A program made the translations under genes and the position numbers. A stretch of 63,852 nucleotides of DNA, filler included, from Octopus bimaculoides (taxonomy: Eukaryota), in NCBI RefSeq assembly GCF_001194135.2. It is 7 parts of 6 records of this genome, joined end to end, with 100 filler letters (N's around TTAATTAATTAA, not from the genome) between each part and the next. Parts side by side here need not be neighbours in the genome. Positions count along the whole stretch, not along the records: positions 1 to 13,472 come from NC_068998.1; 6 more parts are not named here. The stretch is one strand, 5' to 3'. The notes under the pieces were generated by a model. It worked only from the letters and a program-made list of their open reading frames with translations, was not told where the DNA came from and did no database searches. Below are positions 1-12,780 of this stretch, in pieces; within the stretch, counting starts at the first letter, position 1, and each line of letters begins with the position of its first letter.

Positions 1-37
<37 letters not shown>

Positions 38-44
38 TTGTGTG

Positions 45-247
45 TGTGTGTTTGTCCCCTCACCATCGCTTGACAACCGACTTTGGTGTGTTTACGTCCC
101 CGTAAATTAGTGGTTCGGCAAAAGAAACCGATAGAATAAGTACTAGGCTTACAAAGAATCAGCCCTGGAGGTCGATTCCCTCGACTAAAGGCGGTGCTCC
201 AGCATGGCCGCAGTCAAATGACTGAAACAAACAAAAGAATAAAAGAA
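45..247 (+). mobile_element. SINE family A (tRNA head + CORE-like + internal microsatellite), 3' half
   Basis: Matches the 3' half of the full copies at 9126 and 52810, ending GGCCGCAGTCAAATGACTGAAAC plus an (AAAAGAAT)-like tail. Confidence 0.85.
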
Positions 248-399
248 CAAAACAATATATAGCTGATGTGTTACATGTTGTTGTTGATGATGCTGTTTAT
301 GATGACTATTGTTTTAATTCATATTTTATATTCTTGCTGTTGCAGCTGTTGTTGTTCTCAATGATGATGTCGCTATTGTTGTTGTTTTTCTTGTTCTTC

Positions 400-845
400 T
401 TCCTTATCGTCTTCCTCCTACTACTTCTTCTTCTTCTTCTTTTTCTCCTCCTCCTACTTCTTTTCCTCTTCTTCTTCTCCTTCTTCGTCTTCTTCTTCTT
501 CTTCTTTTCTCCTCCTCCTACTTCTTCTTCCTTCTTCTTTTCTCCTCCTCCTACTTCTTTTCTTCTTCTTCTTCTTCTCCTTCTTCTTCTCCTTCTTCTT
601 CTTCTTCTTCTTTTCTCCTCCTCCTATTTCTTTCCTTCTTCTTCTTCTTTTTCTCCTCCTCCTCCGCCTTTCTTCTTCTTCTTCGTCTTCTTCTTCTTCT
701 TCTTCTTTTCTCCTCCTCCTACTTCTTCTTCCTTCTTCTTTTCTCCTCCTCCTACTTCTTTTCTTCTTCTTCTTTTTCTCCTCCTCCTCCGCCTTTCTTC
801 TTCTTCTTCTTCTTCTTCTTTCTTATCGTCTTCCTCCTCCTACTT
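400..845. repeat. (CTT/CCT)n low-complexity tract with an internal ~200-bp-period duplication
   Basis: Block ~481-570 recurs at ~681-770; explains ORF 268..858. Confidence 0.9.
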
Positions 846-951
846 CTTGCTGTTGTAGCTGCGGTTTGTAATGACTGCTGATTTGGTTGTTGCGTTCCAT
901 ATTTTTGTCGCTGCCGCTTTTTATAATGACTTTCTTCATGTTGTCGTCGAT

Positions 952-955
952 GGCG

Positions 956-1005
<50 letters not shown>
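952..1005. repeat. (GTT)n microsatellite
   Basis: Direct inspection. Confidence 0.95.
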
Positions 1006-1077
1006 AATGATACTGGTGTTGTTGCAAAGTGTGGATGTAAACAAATCAGAAATAGATTTCATTACTGTACTAATTAA

Positions 1078-1113
<36 letters not shown>

Positions 1114-1177
1114 CACAGACATAAGCCTGTTCACAGAACATCTCTCAATTCCAATACTCTATACATCTATCAAAAGC

Positions 1178-1320
1178 GGGTGGAGTTGGCGGAGTCGTTA
1201 GAGCACTGGATAAAATGACTCGCAATATTCATTCTGACTTCCAATGCTCTGAGTTCAAATCCCATGGAGGTCAACTTTGCCCTTCATCCTTTCGACACCA
1301 ATAAAAAAAAATACCAATCC
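1178..1320 (+). mobile_element. SINE family B, diverged copy
   Basis: CTGAGTTCAAATCCC B-box followed by GGTCAACTTTGCCCTTCATCCTTTCG, as in copies at 5550 and 9835. Confidence 0.75.
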
Positions 1321-1580
1321 AAGATAGAGGATTGTCAGAATTGTTACAGCATCGACTGAAATGTCATGCCGTATCTATTCCAGCTCTTTGCGTTCTTTGC
1401 CTGCAATGGCATGGCACTAGTCATCCGTTCTCTTAGACCGAAGAGTGTTCCATATTTCCTTATTATAATAATCAGTTTCCGTCTGCTTGCTTCTTAGTCT
1501 AGTATTGTTATTTCGTAGTAGTTTTCTGTTTCTATCCGACTCCGTTCTCTATGTATGCAAGGTACATATAGTTTATCAGC

Positions 1581-1965
1581 GTGGAGGAGCAATGGCCTAG
1601 TGGTTAGAGCAGCGGACTCGCGGTCATAGGATCGCGGTTTCGATTCGCAGACTGGGTGTTGTGAGTGTTTATTAAGCGAAAACACCTAAAGCTCCACGAG
1701 GCTCCGGCAGGGGATGGTGGCGAACCCTGCTGTACTCTTTCACCACAACTTTCTCTCACTCTTTCTTCCTGTTTCTGTTGTGCCTGTAATTCAAAGGGTC
1801 AGCCTTGTCACACTGTGTCACGCTGAATATCCCCGAGAACTACGTTTGGGGTACACGTGTCTGTGGAGTGCTCAGCCACTTGCACGTTAATTTCACGAGC
1901 AGGCTGTTCCGTTGATCGGATCAACTGGAACCCTCGACGTCGTGAGCGACGGAGTGCCAACAACA
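1581..1965 (+). mobile_element. SINE family C, full length, with 13-bp target-site duplication
   Basis: A-box TGGCCTAGTGG, B-box GTTTCGATTC; 3' hairpin GTTCCGTTGATC-G-GATCAACTGGAAC; (ACA)n tail; TSD ATAGTTTATCAGC at 1568-1580 and 1966-1978. Confidence 0.92.
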
Positions 1966-2383
1966 ATAGTTTATCAGCTTTGAGTTAGTGGCACAGGAAC
2001 TCTGTTAATACTTTACTTGGTTTTTCGCTTTAAGCCAGCCAATTCGCTGACTTTCCAGATTATGTTGAAACTATAATTCATAAATGAGATGTCTAAAGAA
2101 TTTATACCTCTCATTTATTTCTTCCATTTAACTCAGCTTTCTTTCATTTTTATTAGGCTGACACTTCTGTAGAACACTTCTAATTTTCACTTTCATTTCT
2201 GAGTGATGTATTTTATCAATTTCATCGACACCGAAGTACTTGCATGTGTTGTTCAGGCTTCATTTCCTAACATCTGTGTCAGTGTCTAATTTAACGCACT
2301 CAATTATAATTACTTTGCATAATATTATTGTATTTTTGGCACATTTATCTCATCTTGTACTCGTTTTTATCATTTTCTCTTTT

Positions 2384-2590
2384 TACTTTTTATCTTTTAC
2401 TTGTTTCAGTCATTTGACTGCGGCCAAGCTGGGGCACTGCGTTGAAGGGTTTTAGTCGAACAAATCGACCGCAGAGCTTTTGTTTTTAAAGTCTAATACT
2501 TATTCTATCGGTCTCTTATCGAGCCGCTCTATTACACACCAACATCGGTTATCAAGCGAGGTTGGGGGTGACAGACAGAGACACAAAGAC
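2384..2590 (-). mobile_element. SINE family A, 3' half
   Basis: Reverse complement of the family A tail (TTGTTTCAGTCATTTGACTGCGGCC...). Confidence 0.85.
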
Positions 2591-2737
2591 GCACACATAA
2601 ATATATATATATATATATATGTATATGTGTGTGTGTCTGTGTGTTTATGTGTGTGTGTGTGTGCGTGTGTGTGTATATATATATGTGTGTGCATATGTAA
2701 GTATATATATATATATATATGTGTGTGAGTGTATATG

Positions 2738-2768
<31 letters not shown>

Positions 2769-2821
2769 GTGTATATATATATGTGTGTGTGTGTGTGTGT
2801 GCGTGTGTGTGTGTGTAGGCT

Positions 2822-3180
2822 TTCACATCATACACGCCAGCTCAATTTGAATCGTTCTCAGTCGAAAGACGCCTGTTGTTATTTCTTGTATTCATAATTG
2901 TGTACCATGTTCTCCGTTTTTTTGTTGTTGTTTTTTTTTTTGTCTTTGTTGCTGTACACATTCGCTAGCTTTCTTACAAAGGGGTTTAATGCTCTTAGCT
3001 TAGACTTTTGGGGGGACAACCAGATCGAACAATCTCAAGTGTAACTGTCCGAAATGGTCGTGACTTTTGGTACTTGACTGATGAAAGAAAGCCAAGAATG
3101 ACCCGTCTTTTTTTTGCTTGGCCTTCTAATTGTTGTTTCTTTTGTCCGCCTTCGTGTCGTCTATCTGTTTGAACGTTTTA
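2822..3180 (+). repeat. Diverged copy of the dispersed repeat forming the 62.6-63.7 kb inverted repeat
   Basis: TCTCAGTCGAAAGACGCCTGTTGTT...TACACATTCGC...TTTAATGCTCTTAGCTTAG aligns with ~63500-63760. Confidence 0.75.
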
Positions 3181-3534
3181 ATGCCCTCTACTGCCCTCTG
3201 AAAGTCTGTGAAGGACAGGGACACTTCCCCCTTTCCCCAAACCCACCTAATCAACCAAAGTACACTGAATGCTGCTGCCACCATACACCGAGGTGTTTTT
3301 TTTTAGTTATGTTTGTGGAGCCCATACTGACTATGGTTCGCCATGTTTTAAGTACTACTATGTATTTTTCCCTCTCCTTTCTTTTACCAATTTTAATCAT
3401 TTAAGATTTTTTTATTTTGTATAGTTTTATTCCATATTCCTTCCATGTATTTGTTGACGTTGGTGTGTCCGCCAGTGTGGAGTTGTTTATGTGTAATAAA
3501 AATAATATATTATATATACGTGTGTGCGTGTATG

Positions 3535-3587
<53 letters not shown>

Positions 3588-3667
3588 GTATGTGTGTATG
3601 TATGTGTGTGTATGTGTGTGTAAAACTTTTCTATGAAATATTACATACATACATACATATATATATT

Positions 3668-3714
<47 letters not shown>

Positions 3715-4838
3715 CTTTTCTATGAAATGTTTTAATTCAAATTTCTTCTAACTGAAAAAAAAAACGTGAACGCTTTCTTTTTTTTTGGTGTTGACTTGTT
3801 TTGTTTTGTTTTTCGTTTTGTTTTTCCGAAGTTTCTTATTCTGCATTTATTTTTTCCTCAGCTGATATGGTTTGATCAAAATTTTCTTTTCTTTCCAGAG
3901 TGTCTTCTTTCAATTTATATTAAACATCTTTTTNNNNNNNNNNNNNNNNNNNNNNNNNNNNNNNNNNNNNNNNNNNNNNNNNNNNNNNNNNNNNNNNNNN
4001 NNNNNNNNNNNNNNNNNNNNNNNNNNNNNNNNNNNNNNNNNNNNNNNNNNNNNNNNNNNNNNNNNNNNNNNNNNNNNNNNNNNNNNNNNNNNNNNNNNNN
4101 NNNNNNNNNNNNNNNNNNNNNNNNNNNNNNNNNNNNNNNNNNNNNNNNNNNNNNNNNNNNNNNNNNNNNNNNNNNNNNNNNNNNNNNNNNNNNNNNNNNN
4201 NNNNNNNNNNNNNNNNNNNNNNNNNNNNNNNNNNNNNNNNNNNNNNNNNNNNNNNNNNNNNNNNNNNNNNNNNNNNNNNNNNNNNNNNNNNNNNNNNNNN
4301 NNNNNNNNNNNNNNNNNNNNNNNNNNNNNNNNNNNNNNNNNNNNNNNNNNNNNNNNNNNNNNNNNNNNNNNNNNNNNNNNNNNNNNNNNNNNNNNNNNNN
4401 NNNNNNNNNNNNNNNNNNNNNNNNNNNNNNNNNNNNNNNNNNNNNNNNNNNNNNNNNNNNNNNNNNNNNNNNNNNNNNNNNNNNNNNNNNNNNNNNNNNN
4501 NNNNNNNNNNNNNNNNNNNNNNNNNNNNNNNNNNNNNNNNNNNNNNNNNNNNNNNNNNNNNNNNNNNNNNNNNNNNNNNNNNNNNNNNNNNNNNNNNNNN
4601 NNNNNNNNNNNNNNNNNNNNNNNNNNNNNNNNNNNNNNNNNNNNNNNNNNNNNNNNNNNNNNNNNNNNNNNNNNNNNNNNNNNNNNNNNNNNNNNNNNNN
4701 NNNNNNNNNNNNNNNNNNNNNNNNNNNNNNNNNNNNNNNNNNNNNNNNNNNNNNNNNNNNNNNNNNNNNNNNNNNNNNNNNNNNNNNNNNNNNNNNNNNN
4801 NNNNNNNNNNNNNNNNNNNNNNATATATATATATATAT

Positions 4839-4970
4839 ACGACGGGTTTCTTTCAGTTTCCGTCTACCAAATCCACTCACAAGGCTTTGGTCGTCCCAAG
4901 ACTATAGTAGAAGACACTTGACCAAGTTGCCACGCAGCGGGAGTAAATCTGGAACCGTGTGATTGGGAAG
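4839..4970 (-). mobile_element. SINE family A, 5' half (head + CORE-like)
   Basis: CAGTTTCCGTCTACCAAATCCACTCACAAGG...AGAAGACACTTG. Confidence 0.85.
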
Positions 4971-4974
4971 CCTG

Positions 4975-5105
4975 CACCAATTGTATTAAGAAATTAAATA
5001 TTTTGTGTATTGTAAAAGTAAAACCAATTGATTGCACGTTAATTTTAACAGCAAAATCTTGTATGGACCTCCATGGGCCGTATGGACCCCGGTTGAGAAC
5101 TACTG
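4975..5105 (-). mobile_element. hAT-type MITE end (same family as 61286-61539)
   Basis: Reverse complement begins CAGTAGTTCTCAACCGGGGTCCAT and continues AAGATTTTGCTGTTAAAATT, matching 61286 onward. Confidence 0.7.
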
Positions 5106-5129
5106 GTCTAATGGTGAGGGGTTCTGTCA

Positions 5130-5385
5130 CTGTCGTAAGCTCGTGATTTCGACTATCGGACCGGACAGTGTGTCGTGTTTTTTAACAAAACATTCCATTT
5201 CATGTTGTTCTTGTCCACTCAGCTGTGTGTTCCAGCAATAACTGGGGAAGTTAACCCTGTGATGGACTAGCGTCCATGATCTAGTGTTGTGATCTCAGTC
5301 ACTTACACGACATGGACACTAGGTTGAGCTCCAGCCTTACGGCCCCGTGGGCTCATGATAAACTTAAGTCTAAGTAAGTCTGTTA
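5130..5385 (+). mobile_element. SINE type D: degenerate head/CORE-like part plus a V-domain-like 3' part
   Basis: GTCCACTCAGCTG as in the 9736 copy, then AACCCTGTGATGGACTAGCGTCC...GAGCTCCAGC resembling the V-SINE central domain (recalled similarity). Confidence 0.5.
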
Positions 5386-5549
5386 TGCCGTCGTCAGCGT
5401 TAACCCCGGTTGATCTGTTGTTCTGTTGATCTGTTGATCTGTTGATCTGTTTTATTCTGTTTCTTGGTGAATACGTGATCGAGCAATAACTTTATTTTGG
5501 CAGAGCGTATTTAGCTTCGTAGTTATCATTATGTTTTTGATATTGGTAA

Positions 5550-5770
5550 GGCATCGAGCTGGCAGAATCGTCAGCACGCCGGGACAAATGCTTAGCGGCA
5601 TTTCGTCCGTCTTTATGTTCTGAGTTCAAATTCCACCGAGGTCGACTTTGCCTTTCATCCTTTCGGGATCGATAAAATAACAACCAGTTGCGCACTGGGG
5701 TCGATATGATAGACTAGTTTACACCCCCCCCAAAAAAAAAATCAAGTTTTGTGCCTATAATAGAGAGGAT
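5550..5770 (+). mobile_element. SINE family B followed by (ATT)n
   Basis: GAGCTGGCAGAATCG...CTGAGTTCAAATTCC...GTCGACTTTGCCTTTCATCCTTTCGG; (ATT)n at 5770-5936. Confidence 0.9.
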
Positions 5771-5796
5771 TATTATTATTATTATCATCATCATCA

Positions 5797-5936
<140 letters not shown>

Positions 5937-5942
5937 GTTGTT

Positions 5943-6144
5943 GCAGAATCGTTAGCATGCCAGGCGACAAACTTCTTAGCGGTATTTCGTCTGTCTCTAC
6001 GTCCTGAGTTCAAATTCCACTGAGGTCGACTTTGCCTTTCATCCTTCCGGGGTCGATAAATTAAGTACCAGTTGAATACTGGGGTCGATATAATCGATTT
6101 GTTCCCTTCTCCGAACTTGCTGGCCTTGTGCCAAAATTTGAAAC

Positions 6145-6146
<2 letters not shown>
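5943..6146 (+). mobile_element. SINE family B, second tandem copy, followed by (ATT)n
   Basis: Same motifs as 5550; (ATT)n at 6147-6283. Confidence 0.9.
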
Positions 6147-6210
<64 letters not shown>

Positions 6211-7135
6211 CATTATTATTATTATTATCATCATCATCATCATTACTATTATTATTATTACTATTATTATTATTATTATTATTAAGCATTCTATATTATT
6301 GTGTTGGNNNNNNNNNNNNNNNNNNNNNNNNNNNNNNNNNNNNNNNNNNNNNNNNNNNNNNNNNNNNNNNNNNNNNNNNNNNNNNNNNNNNNNNNNNNNN
6401 NNNNNNNNNNNNNNNNNNNNNNNNNNNNNNNNNNNNNNNNNNNNNNNNNNNNNNNNNNNNNNNNNNNNNNNNNNNNNNNNNNNNNNNNNNNNNNNNNNNN
6501 NNNNNNNNNNNNNNNNNNNNNNNNNNNNNNNNNNNNNNNNNNNNNNNNNNNNNNNNNNNNNNNNNNNNNNNNNNNNNNNNNNNNNNNNNNNNNNNNNNNN
6601 NNNNNNNNNNNNNNNNNNNNNNNNNNNNNNNNNNNNNNNNNNNNNNNNNNNNNNNNNNNNNNNNNNNNNNNNNNNNNNNNNNNNNNNNNNNNNNNNNNNN
6701 NNNNNNNNNNNNNNNNNNNNNNNNNNNNNNNNNNNNNNNNNNNNNNNNNNNNNNNNNNNNNNNNNNNNNNNNNNNNNNNNNNNNNNNNNNNNNNNNNNNN
6801 NNNNNNNNNNNNNNNNNNNNNNNNNNNNNNNNNNNNNNNNNNNNNNNNNNNNNNNNNNNNNNNNNNNNNNNNNNNNNNNNNNNNNNNNNNNNNNNNNNNN
6901 NNNNNNNNNNNNNNNNNNNNNNNNNNNNNNNNNNNNNNNNNNNNNNNNNNNNNNNNNNNNNNNNNNNNNNNNNNNNNNNNNNNNNNNNNNNNNNNNNNNN
7001 NNNNNNNNNNNNNNNNNNNNNNNNNNNNNNNNNNNNNNNNNNNNNNNNNNNNNNNNNNNNNNNNNNNNNNNNNNNNNNNNNNNNNNNNNNNNNNNNNNNN
7101 NNNNNNNNNNNNNNNNNNNNNNNNNNNNNNNNNNN

Positions 7136-7174
<39 letters not shown>

Positions 7175-7314
7175 TATATATACATATACACGCACATATA
7201 TAAACATATACACACACACATATATATATATATCAATATAGATCTGTGTATATATGTATATATATGTATATATATATATACATGCATATATGTATATATA
7301 TATATATATTTATG

Positions 7315-7347
<33 letters not shown>

Positions 7348-7417
7348 GTATATATGTATATATATATATGTATAATTATACTTATATACATATATATATA
7401 CATACATATACACATAC

Positions 7418-7450
<33 letters not shown>

Positions 7451-7744
7451 CATGTATGTATGTGTGTATACGTATATGTATATATTTTATATGTGCATGC
7501 ATGTATGTATACATATATACATACATAGCTACAAACATCATACACACATACAGTCACATATGTACAAACATATAAACATGTATGTGTATGTGTATGTGTA
7601 TGCATACATATTTAGTCAACCATATACACATATAAGAACATATTTATCACACACACACACACACACATTGAAATCCAAATAAACTGAAAAATGGAATTGT
7701 TTTCCATTGTTCACAACATTGATATGAATGGTTCCTGATCATAG

Positions 7745-8209
7745 ACAACATCATCATCAGTGTCATCATCATCATCACCATCATCACCATCATCAGCGCC
7801 ACCGCCATCACCACCAGCACGCCAGCCACCACCACTACCACCAAAACCATCATCATCAATGATACCACCAGTACAATCACCACTACCACCGCCATAACCA
7901 CAACATCCTAACGCCCCCGTAAACGTAATATCCACAACCAACGAAACCAAACGCCACACTCGCCACCATTACTAACACTACTACCACAACCACTACTACC
8001 GCAACCACTACCACCATCTTCTAATGCTACCATCGTCGTCATCATCATCATCATCATCACCAGTACCATCATTTTTCGAGCAACAACAGCAACCACTACC
8101 ACAACAGTGACGTCAAATATTACGCTGCAACAAAACCATTTCATCAAATGTCTATTGTCTCCTGTTGTCGCCACCGCCGTCATCACCACCGCCATTACTA
8201 TCATCGTCG

Positions 8210-8248
<39 letters not shown>

Positions 8249-8645
8249 CCATCGCCGTCATCATATTACCATTATCCCATCACCATCGTCATCACCCTAT
8301 CATTAATATCGTCGTCATCACCACCACCATCACCACTACCACCACCATCACCACCACCACCACCACCATCACCACCACCACCAACGACCACCATCACCAC
8401 CACCACCACCACCTCCACCATCATCGCCATCGTCATCATCATCATCATCATAACAACCATCATCCTAAGCATCATCGTCGTAGTTGTCAACCCCTCACTC
8501 ATCAACGTCATCATCATCATCATCATCATCATCATAACCACCACTGTCTTCATCATCTTCATATCCACCATCATCATCGTCGTCATCATCATCACCATCA
8601 TCATCACCACCATCATCATCATCACCCGCAACAACAACAACAACA
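7745..8645. repeat. Degenerate (CAT/CAC)n trinucleotide field
   Basis: Direct inspection; source of the poly-His/Ser/Thr ORFs. Confidence 0.9.
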
Positions 8646-8859
8646 CTGTCCTCACCAGAGATGCGATGCAAACAGGTAGAAAGAGGTGTCAAACCAGTCT
8701 GCTGTCAAATCCACGTCACTGCTCTCTTCCATTTGTCAGACAGCATTATTGTATTGCACAGTTTGTTTTCTGTTTATCGTTTGTTTGTCCTGTTGGAGGA
8801 GTGAGGCAGGCGATGGGCTGTGTGGGTGGAAAATGTTGTGGCTTCTGGGATTTGACGGC

Positions 8860-9720
8860 TGCAGAGAGGCTGGTGCAGAGACTGCCATGGTGGCCGATCT
8901 ATATCAGTCTACGAAGAACTGTCGGAGGTTGTGGTGGAATTCTGAAGATTGTAGAGAACTTTAGGAGTGATGTAGGTTAGGGAGGTCTAAAGGAGATTAT
9001 AGATGACCGCAGACGATGGTGAAGTGGTGGCGTCTCTTGGGCTACGGAGGAATGTTGTGAATTATAGGGAATTGTTGAAGGTGATGTAGGATTGATGATA
9101 ACAACGGAATGTGATAGAGGAATGTAGGAGTGGCTATGTGGTAAGTAGCTTGCTTACAAACCACATGGTTCCGGGTTCAGTCCCACTGCGTGGCACCTTA
9201 GGCAAGTGTCTTCTACTATAGCCTCGGGCCGACCAAAGCCTTGTGAGTGAATTTGGTAGACGGAAACTGAAAAAGCCCGTCGTATATATGTATGTATATA
9301 TATATGCGTGTATGTGTTTGTGTGTGTGTATGTTTGTGTGTCTGTGTTTGTCCCCCCAACATCGCTTGACAACCAATGCTGGTGTGTCTCCCGTAACTTA
9401 GCGGTTCGGCGAAAGAGACCGATAGCATAAGTACAAGGCTTACAAAGAATAAGTCCTGGGGTCGATTAGCTCGACTAAAGGCGGTGCTCCAGCATGGCCA
9501 CAGTCAAATGACTGAAGCAAGTAAAAGAGTAAAGAGTAAAGAGATTATATAGAGACCTGGAGGGTTCTTGAGGGATGCTGAGGACTGCAGAGAACTGTTA
9601 AGGGTCTGGAGAACTGTTAAGGGTCTGGAGAGCTGTTAAAAATTATAGAGGAATGAGAGGATCGCGCAGATGATTATAGGGTTGTGAAGAAAATGTTAAA
9701 GGTGCGTAAAGAACTGTTGA
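8860..9720. repeat. Degenerate purine-rich minisatellite (core GAGAACTGTTAAGGGTCTG) interrupted by a SINE
   Basis: 19-bp unit repeated at ~9590-9640; related GAGAACT/GAGGA motifs on both sides of the SINE at 9126-9543. Confidence 0.55.
9126..9543 (+). mobile_element. SINE family A, full length
   Basis: Head TGGCTATGTGGTAAG...GGTTCAGTCCC; CORE-like GGCACCTTAGGCAAGTGTCTTC; internal (TA/TG)n; tail (AGAGTAA)n. Confidence 0.92.
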
Positions 9721-9735
9721 AGTTAGTGTAGGGCA

Positions 9736-10280
9736 GTGAAGGTGCGTGGCTTAGTGGTTAGGGTATTCGATCGTAAGGTCGTGAGTTCAGTATCCAGCAA
9801 CGTGTTGTGTCCTTGAGCAAGACAATGTATTTCAGGCGGCGAGCTGGCAGAAACGTTAGCACGCCGGGCGAAATGCTTAGCGGTATTTCGGTCTGCCGTT
9901 ACGTTCTGAGTTCAAATTCCGCCGAGGTCAACTTTGCCTTTCATCCTTTCGGGGTCGATTAAATAAGTACCAGTTACGCACTGGTCCTTTGTCTGTCCTT
10001 GTTTGTCCCCTCTATGTTTAGCCCCTTGTGGGCAATAAAGAAATAAGATACTGTATTTCAGGCTGCTCCAGTCCACTCAGCTGGTAAAAATGAGTTGTGC
10101 CCGTTTTTCAAAGGACCAGCCTTGTCGCATTCTGTGTCACGTTGAATCTTGCTGAGAATTTACGTTAAGGGTACACGCGTTTGTGGAATGCTCAGCCATT
10201 TGTACGTTAATCTTTCGAGCAGACTGTTCCGTTAATCGGATCGACTGGAATCCCTCGTCGTCGTAATCGACAGAAAGCCA
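9736..10280 (+). mobile_element. SINE C-variant (CORE-type body, family C 3' tail) carrying a nested family B SINE
   Basis: Head TGGCTTAGTGG...GAGTTCAGTATCC; GTGTCCTTGAGCAAGAC; 3' part matches ~1795-1960. Confidence 0.85.
9835..10051 (+). mobile_element. SINE family B nested in the C-variant SINE
   Basis: TSD TGTATTTCA at 9826-9834 and 10052-10060. Confidence 0.9.
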
Positions 10281-10365
10281 GGCCAGGCCATCGATAAAAT
10301 AAAGTACCACTCAAACACGGGGGGGCGGGGTCGAGCTCTTCCCTTCAAAATTGCTGGCCTTACAT

Positions 10366-10595
10366 TCTTTTATTCTTTTACTTGTTTCAGCCATTTGACT
10401 GCGGCCATACTGGAGCACTGCCTTAAAGGTTTTTTTTTAGTTGAAGGAATCGACTCCAGGACTTATTCTTTGTAAGCCTGGTACTCATTCTATTGGTTAC
10501 TTTCGCCGAACCGCTAATGTATGGGGACGTAAACACACCACCATCAGTTGTCTAGCGATGGTGGTGGGGACAAACAGACATAAAGACACACACAA
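10366..10595 (-). mobile_element. SINE family A, 3' half
   Basis: Reverse complement of the 9126 copy's tail. Confidence 0.88.
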
Positions 10596-10744
10596 ATACA
10601 TACATATATATATACATGCATACATACATACATGCATGCATACATACATACATATATGCATGCATATATGTATGCATACGTGCATGGATGGATGGATGGA
10701 TGGATGGATGGATATAAGCGTCTGACAGAAGCTCTAGACCTTAA

Positions 10745-10843
10745 AATACTTACTTGGGTCCATTTGTTTGACTAAAGCCGTTCAATGTGGTGCTCCAGCG
10801 TGGTCGTAGTCTTATGACTGAAACAAATAAAGAAAGAAAGAAA
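10745..10843 (+). mobile_element. SINE family A tail fragment
   Basis: GTGCTCCAGCGTGGTCGTAGTCTTATGACTGAAAC. Confidence 0.7.
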
Positions 10844-11004
10844 GCGGCATATTTTTTATAAAAATTTAAAATGTGTTTTCTTGGTGGTTGTCTTGTTTGG
10901 CATTTAAACCGTCTAACAGCATTAGTTGACTACTTCCTTATCAAGGTGTGCTGAGAATCTATGAACCTCTGGTGCAGAACGACTTTAGTTTTCCNNNNNN
11001 NNNN

Positions 11005-11076
<72 letters not shown>

Positions 11077-11171
11077 GAGAAAGAGAGAATGTGTGTGCAT
11101 GTGTGTATATAGTTTTATGAATGAGTTCGGCAGATTGTAGTTTAGATAGATTGATAGATAGATAGATAAAG

Positions 11172-11222
<51 letters not shown>

Positions 11223-11899
11223 CTGAATTCTTGGAGATAAATAGATTGAATTCTTGGAGATAAATAGATAGTGAGAGACATAGACAGAGAGGCAGCCAGG
11301 CAATCAGGCGGACAGCCAGGTAGGCAGGCAGCCAGACAGACAAACTGATTGATTGATTGATTGATAAATAAAAAATCTTTGTGAGAAATGATAGTTAAGA
11401 ATAATGTTTAAAAAAAACACGTTAAAGTAAATTTAAGTGGGGGGAAAAAGACAGAAAGAAGAAGGAAAACAACAACAACAACAACAACAACAGCAGCAGC
11501 AGCAGCAGCAGCAACCACAACATCCATAGCAATGTTAGCTTCGACATTTTGTTGAGGCGTAGGGAGCCAGTGAAAAAATGTTAACGAAGAAGAAACAAAA
11601 ATGCTGCGGGTCTATTGAGTGCAATTCCTGACAGAATGTCCTAGAATCAAGCCGAGTCTTTTGTTTTGTTTTGTTATTTTCACCTTGTTCCAATACTATA
11701 TAATACTACTACTAATAATAATAATAATCGTAAAAATGCACAGACTGACAAATGTAACCCGTAGCACTTCGCTCCAAATCTTGTTCGGTCACTACTACCA
11801 CCACCACCACCACCACCGCTACCACTACTACCACAATTGTCCCATCACTAACGCTTGTTTTATAAGGGGTTTTTCGAATTTTCTTGGGAAGGAGGGATC

Positions 11900-12780
11900 C
11901 TTTCGTTTTTCTTTTCGTTTTTTCGTTTCTGTCCCTTCTTTTTTTTTCTTACGACTTCCAATTCTATTCTTTTTCTTCTTGTCTTCTCTTTTTCTTCTTC
12001 TTATCCTCTCTTTTTCTTCTTCTTCTTCTTCTTTTCATCCGCTCCTTTTCTTCTTCGTTTCCTCTCCTTTCTTTTCTTGCTTATTCTTCTTCTTCATCTT
12101 CCCTCTTTTTCCCACACATCCTCTTCTTCCCACTCTTTCTTTCTTTGCTTGTTTCTTCGTCATTTTCTTCTTTCCTTTACTGCTTCTTTTTCATCTTCTT
12201 TTCTTTCTTCTTCTGTATCGTCATCCTCACCTCCTCCGCCTCCTCCTTGATCTTCTCCATCTTCTTCATCTTCTTTATCTTCTTTTTCATCTTCTCCATC
12301 TTCTTCATCATCATCATTTTCTTTTTCTCCTCCACTTTCTTCTACTTCTTTTTCTTCTTCATCATCATCATCAACTTCATCTTCTTCTTCATCATTTTCT
12401 TCATATTCTTCGTCATCGTCTTCTTCTGCTTCTCCTCCTCCTCCTTCTTCTTCTTCTTCTTTTTCTTCTTCTTCTTCTTTTTCTTCTTCTTCTTCTTCGT
12501 CATTTTTCTTGCACCTTTTTCTTCCTCATTTTCCCAAATTCTTTTTCTTTCCCTACATTTTCCTTCTCTTTCTTCTTTCTCTCCCTACTTCTATCCCTTC
12601 AGCATTATTTTACTCCACCTTCCTCTTCTCCACAACCACTCCTCATCTCCCTCCTCTTCCGCTTCCTCCTCCTCCTTCTCTTTCCTTCTTCATCTTCTTT
12701 CTTTTACTTTTCCTCCTCCTCCTTCTCTTTCCTTCTTCATCTTCTTTCTTTTACTTTTCCTCCTCCTCTTTGCCGGTTTC
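11900..12780. repeat. Pyrimidine-rich (CTT/CCT/CAT) field with a 47-bp tandem duplication at ~12665-12760
   Basis: Direct inspection. Confidence 0.88.

Noticed and set aside
3075-3100. CTGATGA-AA-GAAA motif
   Set aside because: No stem II, and the related copies near 62645 and 63712 lack the core
9126-9200. tRNA-like A/B boxes in SINE heads
   Set aside because: No complete cloverleaf; they run into repeat bodies found many times, so they are not tRNA genes
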